The notes under the pieces are model-generated. The model saw nothing but the letters and a program-made list of their open reading frames with translations. It ran no database searches and was not told where the DNA came from. Below, piece after piece: positions 10,670 to 20,391 of a stretch of 64,000 bases of DNA; position 1 is the stretch's first letter; every line of letters begins with the position of its first letter. Source of the DNA: Chloroflexota bacterium (GTDB taxonomy: Bacteria; Chloroflexota; Limnocylindria; Limnocylindrales; CSP1-4); the NCBI GenBank assembly GCA_021789435.1, contig JAJYJO010000003.1:10812-74811 (forward strand), in the 5' to 3' direction. The translations under genes were made by a program, and so were the position numbers.

Positions 10670-12741
10670 GCGCCGGGAACGGCCGGCCGGCGGGCGCGGC
10701 CGCGGCTGGCGTCGCGAACGAGGCCGGGCGGCCCCGGATCGGGGTCTACGTCTGCCATTGCGGGACCAACATCGCCGGCACGGTCGACGTGGCGGAGGTC
10801 CGCCGCTGGGCCGAGGAGCGGCTCGCCGACCGGGGCGTGGTCGTCGCCCGCGACTACAAGTTCATGTGCTCGAGCCTGGGCCAGGAACTGATCGAGAAGG
10901 ATGTCGCCGAACTGGGCCTGGACCGCGTCGTCGTGGCGGCCTGCTCGCCGCACATGCACGAGGCGACCTTCCGCGGCGCCTGCGCCCGGGCCGGCCTGAA
11001 TCCCTACCTCTGTGAGCTCGTCTCGATCCGCGAGCAGGACTCCTGGGTCCACACGGACGGAGTCGCGGCGACCGCGAAGGCCAGGGCGATCCTGTCGGGC
11101 GGCGTCGAGCGCGTCCGCCACCACGAGCCCTTGGAGCCGCTCCGAGTCCACATCAACCCGGCCACCCTGGTCGTCGGCGGGGGCATCGCGGGCATCCAGA
11201 CCGCCCTGGAGATCGCCGACGCCGGCTTCCCCGTCTACCTCGTCGAACGCGAACCGTCGATCGGCGGCCACATGGCCCAGTTCGACAAGACCTTCCCGAC
11301 GCTGGATTGCTCCGCCTGCATCCTGACGCCACGGATGTATTCCGCCGGCTCCCACCCGAACGTCAGGCTCCTGACCTGGTCCGAGGTGATCAACGTCGAG
11401 GGCTTCGTCGGCAGCTTCAAGGTCACGGTCCTGAGGAAGGCTCGCTACATCGACACCGACCTCTGCACGGGCTGCGGGATCTGCCAGGAAAAGTGCCCCA
11501 GGAAGATCCTCGACGTGGTCTACGAGGCGGGCCTCGGCTACCGCAAGGGCGTCTACACCCCCTTCCCCCAGGCCGTCCCGAAGTACCCGGTGATCGACCG
11601 CGCGAACTGCACCTTCTTCGACAACGGCAAGTGCAAGGCCTGCGAGAAGTTCTGCCCCACCGGGGCGATCGATTTCGAGCAGCAGGACGAGATCGTGACC
11701 CTGGAGGTCGGCAACATCGTCCTGGCGACCGGCTACGAGCTCTTCGACCCGCGTCGGATCGCCCAGTACGGCTACGGCCGGCTGGCCAATGTCTTCACCA
11801 GTTTGGAGTTCGAGCGTCTTTCCAACGCCGCCGGGCCGACCCAGGGGCGCGTCGTCCTCCGCGACGGCGTGACCGAGCCCAGGACCGTCGGGATCATCCA
11901 CTGCGTCGGCAGCCGTGACCGCAACTTCAACAACTACTGCTCGGCCATCTGCTGCATGCAGAGCCTGAAGTTCGCCCACCTGGTCAAGGAGCACACCGGC
12001 GCCACCGTCTACGAGTTCTACATCGACATGCGGACGGCGGCCAAGGCCTACGACGAGTTCTATCAGCGCGTGCTCGAGGAGGGCACGATCTTCGTCCGCG
12101 GCAAGGTCGCCGAAGTGACGGAGGTCGCCCGGACGCCGGAGGAGGAGGGCAAGCTCGTCCTCCAGGTGGAGGACACGCTGATCGGGCGGCAGCGCCGGAT
12201 CCCGGTCGACATGGTCATCCTCTCGTGCGGCCTGGAACCGCGCCACGACACCAAGAAGGTCGCCCAGCTGTTCGGCATCTCCTGCAGCGCCGACGGCTGG
12301 CTCATCGAGAAGCACCCCAAGCTCGACCCGGTCGCCACCATGGAGGAAGGTGTCTTCATCGCGGGCTGCGTCAGCGGCCCCAAGGACATCCCGACCTCGG
12401 TCGCCCAGGGGGCGGCGGCGGCGGCCCGGGTTCTCGGCCACATCCAGCAGGGCGAGCTGGCCCTGGAGCCGATCAAGGCTGCCGTCGACCCGGATGTCTG
12501 CTCCGGCTGTCGCATCTGCAACGGCCTCTGCCCGTTCAACGCGATCACCTTCCGCGAGGACCGCATGGTCAGCGAGGTCAACCCGGCCCTCTGCCAGGGC
12601 TGTGGCACCTGCGTCGCGGCCTGCCCCGCCGGAGCCATGAGCGGCACGTGCTTCAGCGACGAGCAGATCCTGGCCCAGGTCGAGGGTCTGCTCCTGGCCA
12701 ACCTGCAGGGGACCGCAGGGCGAGAGGCGGTGTCGGCGTGA
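10666..12741 (+). CDS. hdrA: Heterodisulfide reductase subunit A (electron-bifurcating flavoprotein)
   Basis: GVYVCHCGTNI, VVAACSP, GGGIAG, KTFPTLDCSAC, HCVGSRD, YCSAICC, GPKDIP, several ferredoxin motifs. Confidence 0.96.
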   Translation: MSAGNGRPAGAAAAGVANEAGRPRIGVYVCHCGTNIAGTVDVAEVRRWAEERLADRGVVVARDYKFMCSSLGQELIEKDVAELGLDRVVVAACSPHMHEATFRGACARAGLNPYLCELVSIREQDSWVHTDGVAATAKARAILSGGVERVRHHEPLEPLRVHINPATLVVGGGIAGIQTALEIADAGFPVYLVEREPSIGGHMAQFDKTFPTLDCSACILTPRMYSAGSHPNVRLLTWSEVINVEGFVGSFKVTVLRKARYIDTDLCTGCGICQEKCPRKILDVVYEAGLGYRKGVYTPFPQAVPKYPVIDRANCTFFDNGKCKACEKFCPTGAIDFEQQDEIVTLEVGNIVLATGYELFDPRRIAQYGYGRLANVFTSLEFERLSNAAGPTQGRVVLRDGVTEPRTVGIIHCVGSRDRNFNNYCSAICCMQSLKFAHLVKEHTGATVYEFYIDMRTAAKAYDEFYQRVLEEGTIFVRGKVAEVTEVARTPEEEGKLVLQVEDTLIGRQRRIPVDMVILSCGLEPRHDTKKVAQLFGISCSADGWLIEKHPKLDPVATMEEGVFIAGCVSGPKDIPTSVAQGAAAAARVLGHIQQGELALEPIKAAVDPDVCSGCRICNGLCPFNAITFREDRMVSEVNPALCQGCGTCVAACPAGAMSGTCFSDEQILAQVEGLLLANLQGTAGREAVSA

Positions 12742-13295
12742 GCGGCGAGCAGGTGGCGAGCGAGCCGTTCGAACCGGTGGTGATCGGCTTCACCTGCAAC
12801 TGGTGCAGCTACCGCGCCGCCGACCTGGCCGGCACCGCCCGCATCAAGTACGCCCCCAACGTCCGGCTGATCCGCCTCATGTGCTCCGGTCGCCTGGACC
12901 CCACCTTCATCCTGGACGCCCTGGCACGCGGTGCCGACGGCGTCCTGATCAGCGGCTGCCACCCGGGCGAGTGCCATTACGTCGACCAGAACCTGAACAC
13001 CCTCCGCCGCTTCCGCATGCTGGAACGGATCCTGCCGGCGCTGGGGATCGAACCGCAGCGGGTCCAGCTCGTCTGGGCCAGCGCCGCAGAGGGGACGCAA
13101 CTGGCCCACGAGATCGACCGGATGGTCGAGGAGGTCCGGGGGCTGGGGCCGCTCGACTGGCCCGCCCGGATGGCCGCTGCCGGCGGGCGCACCGGCCCCG
13201 GCGTCTCACCCGTCGGCTGGCCAGCGGGCAGCCGCGGCGAGCCAGAGCCCGGCGCGATCAAGGGCGCGACGGAGCCGCCGGGAGTCCACGCATGA
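12738..13295 (+). CDS. mvhD: Hydrogenase iron-sulfur subunit MvhD
   Basis: FTCNWCSYRAADLAG, MCSGR, GCHPGECHY, WASAAEG; GTG overlaps the hdrA stop. Confidence 0.93.
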   Translation: MSGEQVASEPFEPVVIGFTCNWCSYRAADLAGTARIKYAPNVRLIRLMCSGRLDPTFILDALARGADGVLISGCHPGECHYVDQNLNTLRRFRMLERILPALGIEPQRVQLVWASAAEGTQLAHEIDRMVEEVRGLGPLDWPARMAAAGGRTGPGVSPVGWPAGSRGEPEPGAIKGATEPPGVHA

Positions 13296-14305
13296 GCGGC
13301 GAGGCCAGGCCAACGTTCGCCATGTACGGGGCAGGGTCCTGCGGCGGCTGCGACATCGCCGTCCTGAACGTCCACGAGAAGATCCTCGAGATCGGCGCGG
13401 CCTTCGAGGTCGTCCTCTGGCCGGTGGTCATGGACGCGAAGTACCGCGACCTGGAGGCGCGGCCAGACTCCTCGATCGACCTGACCCTCTTCAGCGGCGG
13501 GATCCGGACGGACGAGAACGCAGACCTGGCCCGCCTGCTGCGGCGCAAGACGAAGCTGCTCGTGGCCTTCGGCTCGTGTGCGGGCGAGGGCTGCATCCCC
13601 GGCCTCGCCAACCTGACCCCGCCGGCGGAGATCCTGGACACCGTCTACGAGACGGTCTCCACGGAGAACCCCGACCATCTCCGGCCGGGCACACAGCCGA
13701 ACCCGGGCGGGCCGGGTCAACTGGCCGGCTTCGCAGCGGTGCTGCGGACGCTCGACCAGGTGGTCGACGTCGACTACTTCGTGCCGGGCTGTCCGCCCGA
13801 ATCGCCCCGCATCGCCGAAGTCCTGGACCTCGCCCTCGCCGCCCTGCGCGGCGGCGAGGACCTGCCGCCCCGCGGCGCGGTCCTGGGGGCCGGTGAGTCG
13901 ACGGTCTGCGACGAGTGCGCCCGGACGCGGAACGTCAAGCAGATCGCCGGCTTCCGCCGCATCCAGGAGATCGACCACCTGGATCCGACCCTCTGCCTGC
14001 TGGAGCAGGGCATCCCGTGCAACGGCGCGGCGACCGCCAGCGGCTGCGGCGCGCTCTGCCCGACGGCGGGCGCGCAGTGCGTCGGCTGCTACGGACCTGT
14101 GGCCGGGGCCATCGACGGGGGAGCCCGTCTCATGTCTGCCTTCGCCTCGGTCGCGCAGGCCAGGACGGCCGAGGAGATGGACCGGATCCTCGACGGCCTC
14201 GTCGACCCGATCGGCCAGTTCTACCGCTTCGGCCTGGCGAAGTCGCTGCTGCGGGCAAGCCGCTCGGCCTGGGCGGCCGCCGGCGGGGAGTGGGGACGGC
14301 GATGA
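13292..14305 (+). CDS. mvhG: [NiFe]-hydrogenase group 3c small subunit
   Basis: SCGGC, AFGSCA..GCIPGLAN, PGCPP, VCDEC, CLLEQGIPC.G, GCGALCP, CVGCYG. Confidence 0.92.
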   Translation: MSGEARPTFAMYGAGSCGGCDIAVLNVHEKILEIGAAFEVVLWPVVMDAKYRDLEARPDSSIDLTLFSGGIRTDENADLARLLRRKTKLLVAFGSCAGEGCIPGLANLTPPAEILDTVYETVSTENPDHLRPGTQPNPGGPGQLAGFAAVLRTLDQVVDVDYFVPGCPPESPRIAEVLDLALAALRGGEDLPPRGAVLGAGESTVCDECARTRNVKQIAGFRRIQEIDHLDPTLCLLEQGIPCNGAATASGCGALCPTAGAQCVGCYGPVAGAIDGGARLMSAFASVAQARTAEEMDRILDGLVDPIGQFYRFGLAKSLLRASRSAWAAAGGEWGRR

Positions 14306-15801
14306 GCGTCATCACCATCGATCCCGTCACCCGCCTCGAGGGGCATGGCCGGATCGAGATCCGGCTCGACGAGGCTGGGGCGGTGCGCGATGCCTGGCTC
14401 CAGGTCCCGGAGCTGCGCGGCTTCGAGCGCTTCTGCCTGGGCCGGCCTGTCGAGGAGATGCCCATCCTGACGAACCGGATCTGCGGCGTCTGCCCAGAGG
14501 CGCATCACATCGCCTCGGCCAAGGCGGCCGATGCCGTCTACGGAGTGGAGCCACCTCGCCCGGCCCGCCTGCTGCGCGAGCTCCTCTACAGCGCCTTCTT
14601 CTTCGCGGACCACACCACCCACTTCTACGCCCTCGGCGGGCCGGACCTGCTCGTCGGGCCGGACGCCCCGGTCGCCGAGCGCAACCTGCTCGGCGTCGTC
14701 CACAGGCTGGGGCTGGAGATCGGCGGCAACGTCATCCAGGCGCGCAAGTCCGGCCACGCGGTGGTCGCCATCATCGGCGGCCGGGCGGTCCACCCCTGCA
14801 CGGCCGTGCCGGGCGGCCAGACCAAGGGCATCGGGGAGAAGGAACGGGCCGAGATCGAGCGGATCGGCCGCTGGGCGGTCGAGTTCGCCCAGGGATCGCT
14901 CAGGCTCTTCGACGAGCTCGTGCTCGGCGATCCCGCCTATCGAGCGCTCCTTGAGGGCGAGACGTACGCCGACCGGACCTACTACCTGGGGCTTGTCGAC
15001 GAGCAGAACCGGGTGGCCTTCTACGACGGGTCGGCCAGCGTCGTGGCGCCCGACGGCGAGCGGATCGGGAGCTACACCGCTCCCGAGTACACGGACTGGA
15101 TCGCCGAGCGAGTCGAGCCGTGGACCTACCTCAAGTTCCCCTACCTGCGGAAGGTCGGCTGGAAGGGCCTGGTCGGCGGCAAGGACTCCGGCGTCTATTG
15201 CGTCGGCCCGCTGGCCCGGCTCAACGCCGCCGACGGGATGGCCACGTCGCTCGCCCAGGCGGAGTACGAGCGGTTCTACGCCACCCTCGGGCCCGACGGG
15301 GGAAGTGCGGCCGCCCCCGGCCGCCGGCGCCGGCCGGTCCACAACCGGCTCGCCATGCACTGGGCCCGGCTCATCGAGCTGCTCTACGCCGCGGAGCGGA
15401 TGGTGGAGCTGGCGACGGACCCGGGGATCACGTCCCAGGACGTCCGGCGCGTGCCGGACCGGCCTCCTTCGGAGGGCGTCGGCATGGTGGAGGCGCCCCG
15501 CGGAACGCTCGTCCACCACTACCGGACCGACGCGCGGGGCGTGCTGACCGCGGTCAACCTGCTGGTCGGGACGACCAACAACTACGCGCCCATCAGCATG
15601 TCCGTGGCGAGGGTCGCCCGGGACCTGATCCGGCCGGGCGCCGAAGTGGGCGAGAGCCTGCTCAACCGGATCGAGATGGCCTTCCGCGCCTACGATCCCT
15701 GCTTCGGCTGCGCCACCCACGCCCTGCCCGGCCAGATGCCGCTCGAGGTGACGATCCGCGACGCCGGCGGTGAGGTCGTCCAGACCGTGCGCCGGGATTG
15801 A
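14302..15801 (+). CDS. mvhA: [NiFe]-hydrogenase group 3c large subunit
   Basis: IDPVTRLEGHG, L1 RICGVC, EAPRGTL.HHY, L2 RAYDPCFGCATH followed by a cleavable C-terminal tail. Confidence 0.95.
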   Translation: MSVITIDPVTRLEGHGRIEIRLDEAGAVRDAWLQVPELRGFERFCLGRPVEEMPILTNRICGVCPEAHHIASAKAADAVYGVEPPRPARLLRELLYSAFFFADHTTHFYALGGPDLLVGPDAPVAERNLLGVVHRLGLEIGGNVIQARKSGHAVVAIIGGRAVHPCTAVPGGQTKGIGEKERAEIERIGRWAVEFAQGSLRLFDELVLGDPAYRALLEGETYADRTYYLGLVDEQNRVAFYDGSASVVAPDGERIGSYTAPEYTDWIAERVEPWTYLKFPYLRKVGWKGLVGGKDSGVYCVGPLARLNAADGMATSLAQAEYERFYATLGPDGGSAAAPGRRRRPVHNRLAMHWARLIELLYAAERMVELATDPGITSQDVRRVPDRPPSEGVGMVEAPRGTLVHHYRTDARGVLTAVNLLVGTTNNYAPISMSVARVARDLIRPGAEVGESLLNRIEMAFRAYDPCFGCATHALPGQMPLEVTIRDAGGEVVQTVRRD

Positions 15802-15815
15802 GGAAGACGGCAACC

Positions 15816-16358
15816 ATGGAGACGGCGGCGAAACAGCCGGCCCGCCGGCACGGCGCCCCGGATGAGAGACAGGGGGATCCGGGTGAGGCGGCGATCGTGC
15901 TGGGGCTCGGCAACCCCTGCCTTGGCGACGACGGCGTGGGCTGGCGGGTCGCCGAGCTGCTGCGCGATCGGCTGGCGGCGCGGCAGGAGCCCGGTGGCGG
16001 GGCGGTGGAGGTCGACTGTCTGGCGGTCGGCGGGCTGCGCCTGATGGAGCGGCTGGTCGGCTATCGGCGCGCGGTGCTGATCGACGCCATCGCGACCGGT
16101 CGGCAGCCTGCCGGCACGGTCGCCGCTCGGACGCTCGCGTCGGTCGCCGGGATCTCGACCCACCTCGGCTCCAGCCACGACGCCAGCCTGGCGGTGGCGC
16201 TCGCGGTGGGCGAAGCGTACGGCGCCGCGCTCCCCGACGAGGTCCTGCTGGTCACCGTCGAGGCCGGCCCGAGCTTCGAGTTCGGCGAGACGCTCAGCCC
16301 GCCGGTCGCCGCGGCCGTCCCGCGGGCGGCGGAGCGAGTGCTGGAGCTGCTCTCATGA
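15816..16358 (+). CDS. Hydrogenase maturation protease
   Basis: VLGLGNPCLGDDGVG, LIDAI, SSHD, LSPPVAAAV; alternative TTG start at 15798. Confidence 0.9.
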   Translation: METAAKQPARRHGAPDERQGDPGEAAIVLGLGNPCLGDDGVGWRVAELLRDRLAARQEPGGGAVEVDCLAVGGLRLMERLVGYRRAVLIDAIATGRQPAGTVAARTLASVAGISTHLGSSHDASLAVALAVGEAYGAALPDEVLLVTVEAGPSFEFGETLSPPVAAAVPRAAERVLELLS

Positions 16359-16365
16359 GCCCGCC

Positions 16366-16641
16366 ATGCACGAGCTAGGCCTCGTCGAACGCCTGCTGGA
16401 GGTGGCCCTCGAGCATGCCGCGCAGGCCGGGAGCGGCCCCATCCGATCCCTGGAGCTGGCCGTCGGGCGCGAGTCGGGTGTCTCGCCGGACGCCATCCGC
16501 TTCTACTGGCCGCAGGTCAGCGACGGGACCCGGGCCGAGGGCGCCCGGTTGCGGTTCCGACGCGTTCCGGGCAGCGCGGTCGGCCTGAGATCGCTCGAGT
16601 TGGCGGACGGGGAGGCAGCCGGAGGAGGGAGAAGAGGCTGA
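16366..16641 (+). CDS. hypA: HypA-like nickel metallochaperone lacking the zinc-finger domain
   Basis: MHE N-terminus, L.VG..SGV.PDAIRF, GT.AEGARL, L.SLE; only 91 aa and no cysteine. Confidence 0.8.
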   Translation: MHELGLVERLLEVALEHAAQAGSGPIRSLELAVGRESGVSPDAIRFYWPQVSDGTRAEGARLRFRRVPGSAVGLRSLELADGEAAGGGRRG

Positions 16642-16764
16642 TCGGCACTGTCGAAGGCCGCCGACAGGGAACACGCTCCGGCCGGCAAGGACCGCACACG
16701 CGGGTGCCGGCCAACCACGGGAGGATCCGCCGCCGATCGGCGGCCGTCTCGACGGGAGGCAGCA

Positions 16765-17175
16765 ATGGGCCAGCCGTTCATCGTCCAGCTCGCGAACCGG
16801 CCGGGCGAGCTCGGCCACCTGACCCGGGCCCTGGCAGCCCGCGGCATCGACATCAAGTACATCTCCGGCAGCGGCGCCGGTGACCTGGCCTGCGCCGTGC
16901 TGACCACCGACGACGACGGCGCGACGGCGGACGTCCTGCGCAGCATGGGTGCCTCGTTCGTCACGGGCTCGACCCTCATGGTCGAGATCGAGGACGTGCC
17001 GGGCGCGCTCGCGCGCCTGACCACCAGGCTGGGCGAGGCAGGCGTCAACATCGAGGGCTTCTGCATCGTCGGCCATCGCAACTCCCGGGCGGAGGTCGCC
17101 CTGGCCGTCGACGACGAGGTACGAGCCCGCGAGGTCCTGGGCCTGCCGACGGTCTACCCCGTCAGCGTCGGCTGA
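16765..17175 (+). CDS. Tandem ACT-domain protein
   Basis: NRPGELGHLTRALAARGIDI and DVPGALARLTTRLGEAGVNI repeats. Confidence 0.85.
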   Translation: MGQPFIVQLANRPGELGHLTRALAARGIDIKYISGSGAGDLACAVLTTDDDGATADVLRSMGASFVTGSTLMVEIEDVPGALARLTTRLGEAGVNIEGFCIVGHRNSRAEVALAVDDEVRAREVLGLPTVYPVSVG

Positions 17176-17184
17176 GAGCGGCCG

Positions 17185-17784
17185 CTACTCCGCCGGGCGG
17201 CGGATCAGCCGGCCCCGGCGCGAGATCGCCCGCGTCGCCAGCGCCGCGACACCCATCGCGATCAGGGCGCGCTCGGCCGGCGGCAGCGGCCGGACCGCGG
17301 AGAGGAACTGGTCGGCCCGGGAACGGTCGACCACGCGCAGCAGGGCGCGGCCGCGCTGGGTGAGGCGCAGGGCCCTCGCCCGGCGGTCTTCCGCCTCCGG
17401 CCGGCGCTCCACCAGGCGGCGCCGGACGAGCCCTTCGACCAGCCGCGACGTCGCCGAGGGCGAGCGCCCCAGGGCGTCGGCGAGGTCCGTGACGGTCGTC
17501 GTCCCGGCGTCAGCGAGCACGTAGAGCGCCGCCAGCTGCGTGAAGCCGAGCTTGAGCCGTCCGAGCTGCGAAGCGAAGCCGATCACCAGTTCGCGCCAGA
17601 GGGCGCGGCCCATCGCCACCCTCTCCGAGAGCTGGCGGGGGTTCTGCGTCCGGATGCCGGCCGCCACGACCGGCGCCGACAGGTCGGCCTCGAACATGCG
17701 GGCGATGGCGCGCCGTGGCGCCGCCGGCCGGGCCGGGCGGAGCGGGACGGTCGGCCGACGGCGGGCGGTTTGATCCTCGGACAT
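17185..17784 (-). CDS. MarR-family transcriptional regulator
   Basis: C-terminal part of the 1030-aa ORF: TVTDLADALGRSPSATSRLVEGLVRRRLVERR...DRR...LRLTQRG; ATG 17784. Confidence 0.85.
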   Translation of the reverse strand: MSEDQTARRRPTVPLRPARPAAPRRAIARMFEADLSAPVVAAGIRTQNPRQLSERVAMGRALWRELVIGFASQLGRLKLGFTQLAALYVLADAGTTTVTDLADALGRSPSATSRLVEGLVRRRLVERRPEAEDRRARALRLTQRGRALLRVVDRSRADQFLSAVRPLPPAERALIAMGVAALATRAISRRGRLIRRPAE

Positions 17785-17923
17785 CGGATCCAGCGTAGCC
17801 CGCGTGCGCGGTTCGGTGCAAGTCTGCACGCATCCCACGAGTGGCAGGCCGGCCGGGCGATAGGCTGGGCTATGCCCGGCGGAGGCACCCGCTTCTCCCC
17901 GGCGGATCGAGCGCAGGAGGGAC

Positions 17924-18916
17924 ATGGGCCGGATCGCCTTCATCTTCCCCGGCCAGGGCTCACAGGCCGTCGGCATGGCTGCCGCGGTCGCTGCCGCCTC
18001 ACCGGTCGCGGCGGCCGTCTTCGCCGAGGCCGACAGGGCGCTCGGCGAACCGCTCAGCCGGCTCGCCTGGGAAGGGCCGGCGGACGAGCTCGACCGCACG
18101 GAGAACGCCCAGCCGGCCCTGGTCGCGGCGTCCATCGCCATCCTCGCCGCCCTGCGGGAACGCTGGGCGGCCGAAGGACTGCCCGAGCCGGAACCGGCCT
18201 TCGCGGCCGGCCATTCGATGGGCCAGTACTCCGCCCTCGTGGCGGCCGGCTCGCTCGACCTGGCCGACGCCGTGCGGCTGGTCCGTGAGCGCGGGCGACG
18301 GATGCAGGCCTCCGGCGGACTTCGGCCGGGGGGAATGGCGGCCATCCTGGGCCTCGACGAGGCACGGCTCCCCGAACTCGTCGAGCGTGCCTCCGCCCAC
18401 GGCGTCTTCGCGGTCGCCAACCGCAACGCCCCCGGCCAGATCGTGGTCAGCGGCGAGCGGCCGGCCATCGAGGCGGCCCGGGAGATCGGCCGCGAGCTGG
18501 GGGCGCGCCGCGTCGTCGTCCTGCCGGTCTCGGTCGCGGCCCACTCGGCGCTGATGGCGGAGGCGGCCGACGGGATGGCCCACGTCCTGGACCGGGTGCC
18601 CTTCGCCGATCCGCACCCGCCGCTGCTCGCCAACGCCGACGCGCGACCCCTGGCCGACGCGGCCGCCGCCCGGGCCGAGCTCGTCGAGCACCTGACCCGC
18701 GGCGTCGACTGGGTGGCGGTCGTGCAGCGGATGACCGATGAAGGTGTCGACACCTTCATCGAGATCGGACCGGGCAAGGTCCTGGCCGGCCTCGTCAAGC
18801 GGATCGCCCCGGCCGCCACGGTCCTGGCGACCGACGACCCGAGCGCCGAGGGCGGGCTCGCCCTGCCCGACCTGCGCCCCCGCGTTCTCGTCACCCATCC
18901 ATCCAGGCCCGACTGA
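17924..18916 (+). CDS. fabD: Malonyl-CoA:ACP transacylase
   Basis: FPGQGSQ, TENAQPAL, GHSMGQY, NRNAPGQIV, VAAHS, EIGPGKVL. Confidence 0.95.
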   Translation: MGRIAFIFPGQGSQAVGMAAAVAAASPVAAAVFAEADRALGEPLSRLAWEGPADELDRTENAQPALVAASIAILAALRERWAAEGLPEPEPAFAAGHSMGQYSALVAAGSLDLADAVRLVRERGRRMQASGGLRPGGMAAILGLDEARLPELVERASAHGVFAVANRNAPGQIVVSGERPAIEAAREIGRELGARRVVVLPVSVAAHSALMAEAADGMAHVLDRVPFADPHPPLLANADARPLADAAAARAELVEHLTRGVDWVAVVQRMTDEGVDTFIEIGPGKVLAGLVKRIAPAATVLATDDPSAEGGLALPDLRPRVLVTHPSRPD

Positions 18917-18963
18917 ACCGGCCCTGCCCGGAATCCCACTGCCGTCCCAGGAGAACCGAACCC

Positions 18964-20226
18964 GTGCGAACCCCCGACTACAACCGCCGCGTCGTCGTCA
19001 CCGGCATGGGCGTCATCAGCCCCGTCGGCAACGACATCGAGACCGCCTGGGACAACCTGGTCAACGGGCGGTCCGGGCTCGGCGAGCTGACCCGCTTCGA
19101 CGCCTCCGCCTACCAGCACCACTTCGCGGGGGAAGTCCACGACTTCGACGCCGCAACGTGGATGAACCCCAAGGACGCCCGCCGCAGCGACATCAGCGTC
19201 CACTACGGCGTCGCCGCGGCGAAGCAGGCGCTGGCCGACTCCGGATTCGAGATCACCGACGAGAACCGCTACGACGCCGGGGTGGTCTTCGGCTGCGGCG
19301 GCGGCGGCCAGCAGCTCTTCATCCAGAACCTCAACGCATGGCACGAGCGCGGCATCAAGGGGGTCAGCCCCTTCTTCATCGCCAACGGCCTGGTGGACTC
19401 GCCGTCGGGACAGATCGCCATCGAGACGGGCGCCAAGGGCCACAACTGCGCGGTCGTGACCGCCTGTTCGACCGGGACCCACAACATCGCGGAGGCGGCC
19501 GAGGCGATCCGGCGCGGCGACTGCACGATGGTCATCTCCGGTTCCACCGAGGCACCGCTCTTCGAGCTGGTCCACATCGGGTTCACCAACATGCGGGGCC
19601 TCGGGGCACCCCGCCCCGGCTTCCCGGTCCCGGACGTCTGCCGCCCCTTCGACCGGACGCGCGACGGCTTCGTCCTGGGTGAGGGTGCCGCGTCGCTGAT
19701 CCTGGAGGACCTTGAGCTCGCCAAGGCCCGCGGCGCCCGGATCTACGCCGAGGTCGTGGGCTACGGCTCGGCCGCGGACGGGTTCGACATGATCGCCCCG
19801 GCGGAGGGCGGCGAGGGCTCGGCGCGGGCCATGAAGATGGCCCTGGAGCGCCGCGGGGTGCCGGCCGACGAGATCGACGTGATCAATCCCCACGGGACCT
19901 CGACGCCGCTCGGCGACAAGCGCGAGGCGGAGGCGATCTGGAGCGTCTTCGGCGACCGGACGAAGGAGATCGCCATCTCGGCCACGAAGTCGATGACCGG
20001 CCACATGATGGGCGCGGCCGGCGCCTTCGAGGCCTTCGCCTCGGTCATGTCGATCCACCATGGCTGCATCCCGCCGACGCTCAACTACCTGGAGCCGGAC
20101 CCGGAGTGCGATCTGTGGGTCGTCCGTGAGCCGATCGCCAAGCGGGTCCGCTACGCGCTCTCCAACAACATCGGCCTGGGCGGCCACAATGGGGCGATCA
20201 TCTTCCGCCGCTACGACGGCGACTGA
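18964..20226 (+). CDS. fabF: Beta-ketoacyl-ACP synthase II-like protein (divergent copy)
   Basis: RVVVTGMG, TACSTG, HGTST, KSMTGHMMGAAG; C-terminal NNIGLGGHN instead of NSFGFGG. Confidence 0.85.
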   Translation: MRTPDYNRRVVVTGMGVISPVGNDIETAWDNLVNGRSGLGELTRFDASAYQHHFAGEVHDFDAATWMNPKDARRSDISVHYGVAAAKQALADSGFEITDENRYDAGVVFGCGGGGQQLFIQNLNAWHERGIKGVSPFFIANGLVDSPSGQIAIETGAKGHNCAVVTACSTGTHNIAEAAEAIRRGDCTMVISGSTEAPLFELVHIGFTNMRGLGAPRPGFPVPDVCRPFDRTRDGFVLGEGAASLILEDLELAKARGARIYAEVVGYGSAADGFDMIAPAEGGEGSARAMKMALERRGVPADEIDVINPHGTSTPLGDKREAEAIWSVFGDRTKEIAISATKSMTGHMMGAAGAFEAFASVMSIHHGCIPPTLNYLEPDPECDLWVVREPIAKRVRYALSNNIGLGGHNGAIIFRRYDGD

Positions 20227-20391
20227 GCGACCGGCCGCGTCCCGACGGAACCCGGGGGGAGCGCGCCTCCGCCACACGTCCCCACCGGTTCCCGGCCGCT
20301 ACAATCGCCCGAGAGCGAAGCGCAGGCCCGGACCGTCACCCCCGACGGCCGGCCGCCCTCACCCGGAACCCTGTCCGTCGAGGAGACGCCC

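Noticed and set aside
14302-15801. Possible [NiFeSe] hydrogenase
   Set aside because: The L2 motif is DPCFGC with TGC codons and there is no in-frame TGA.
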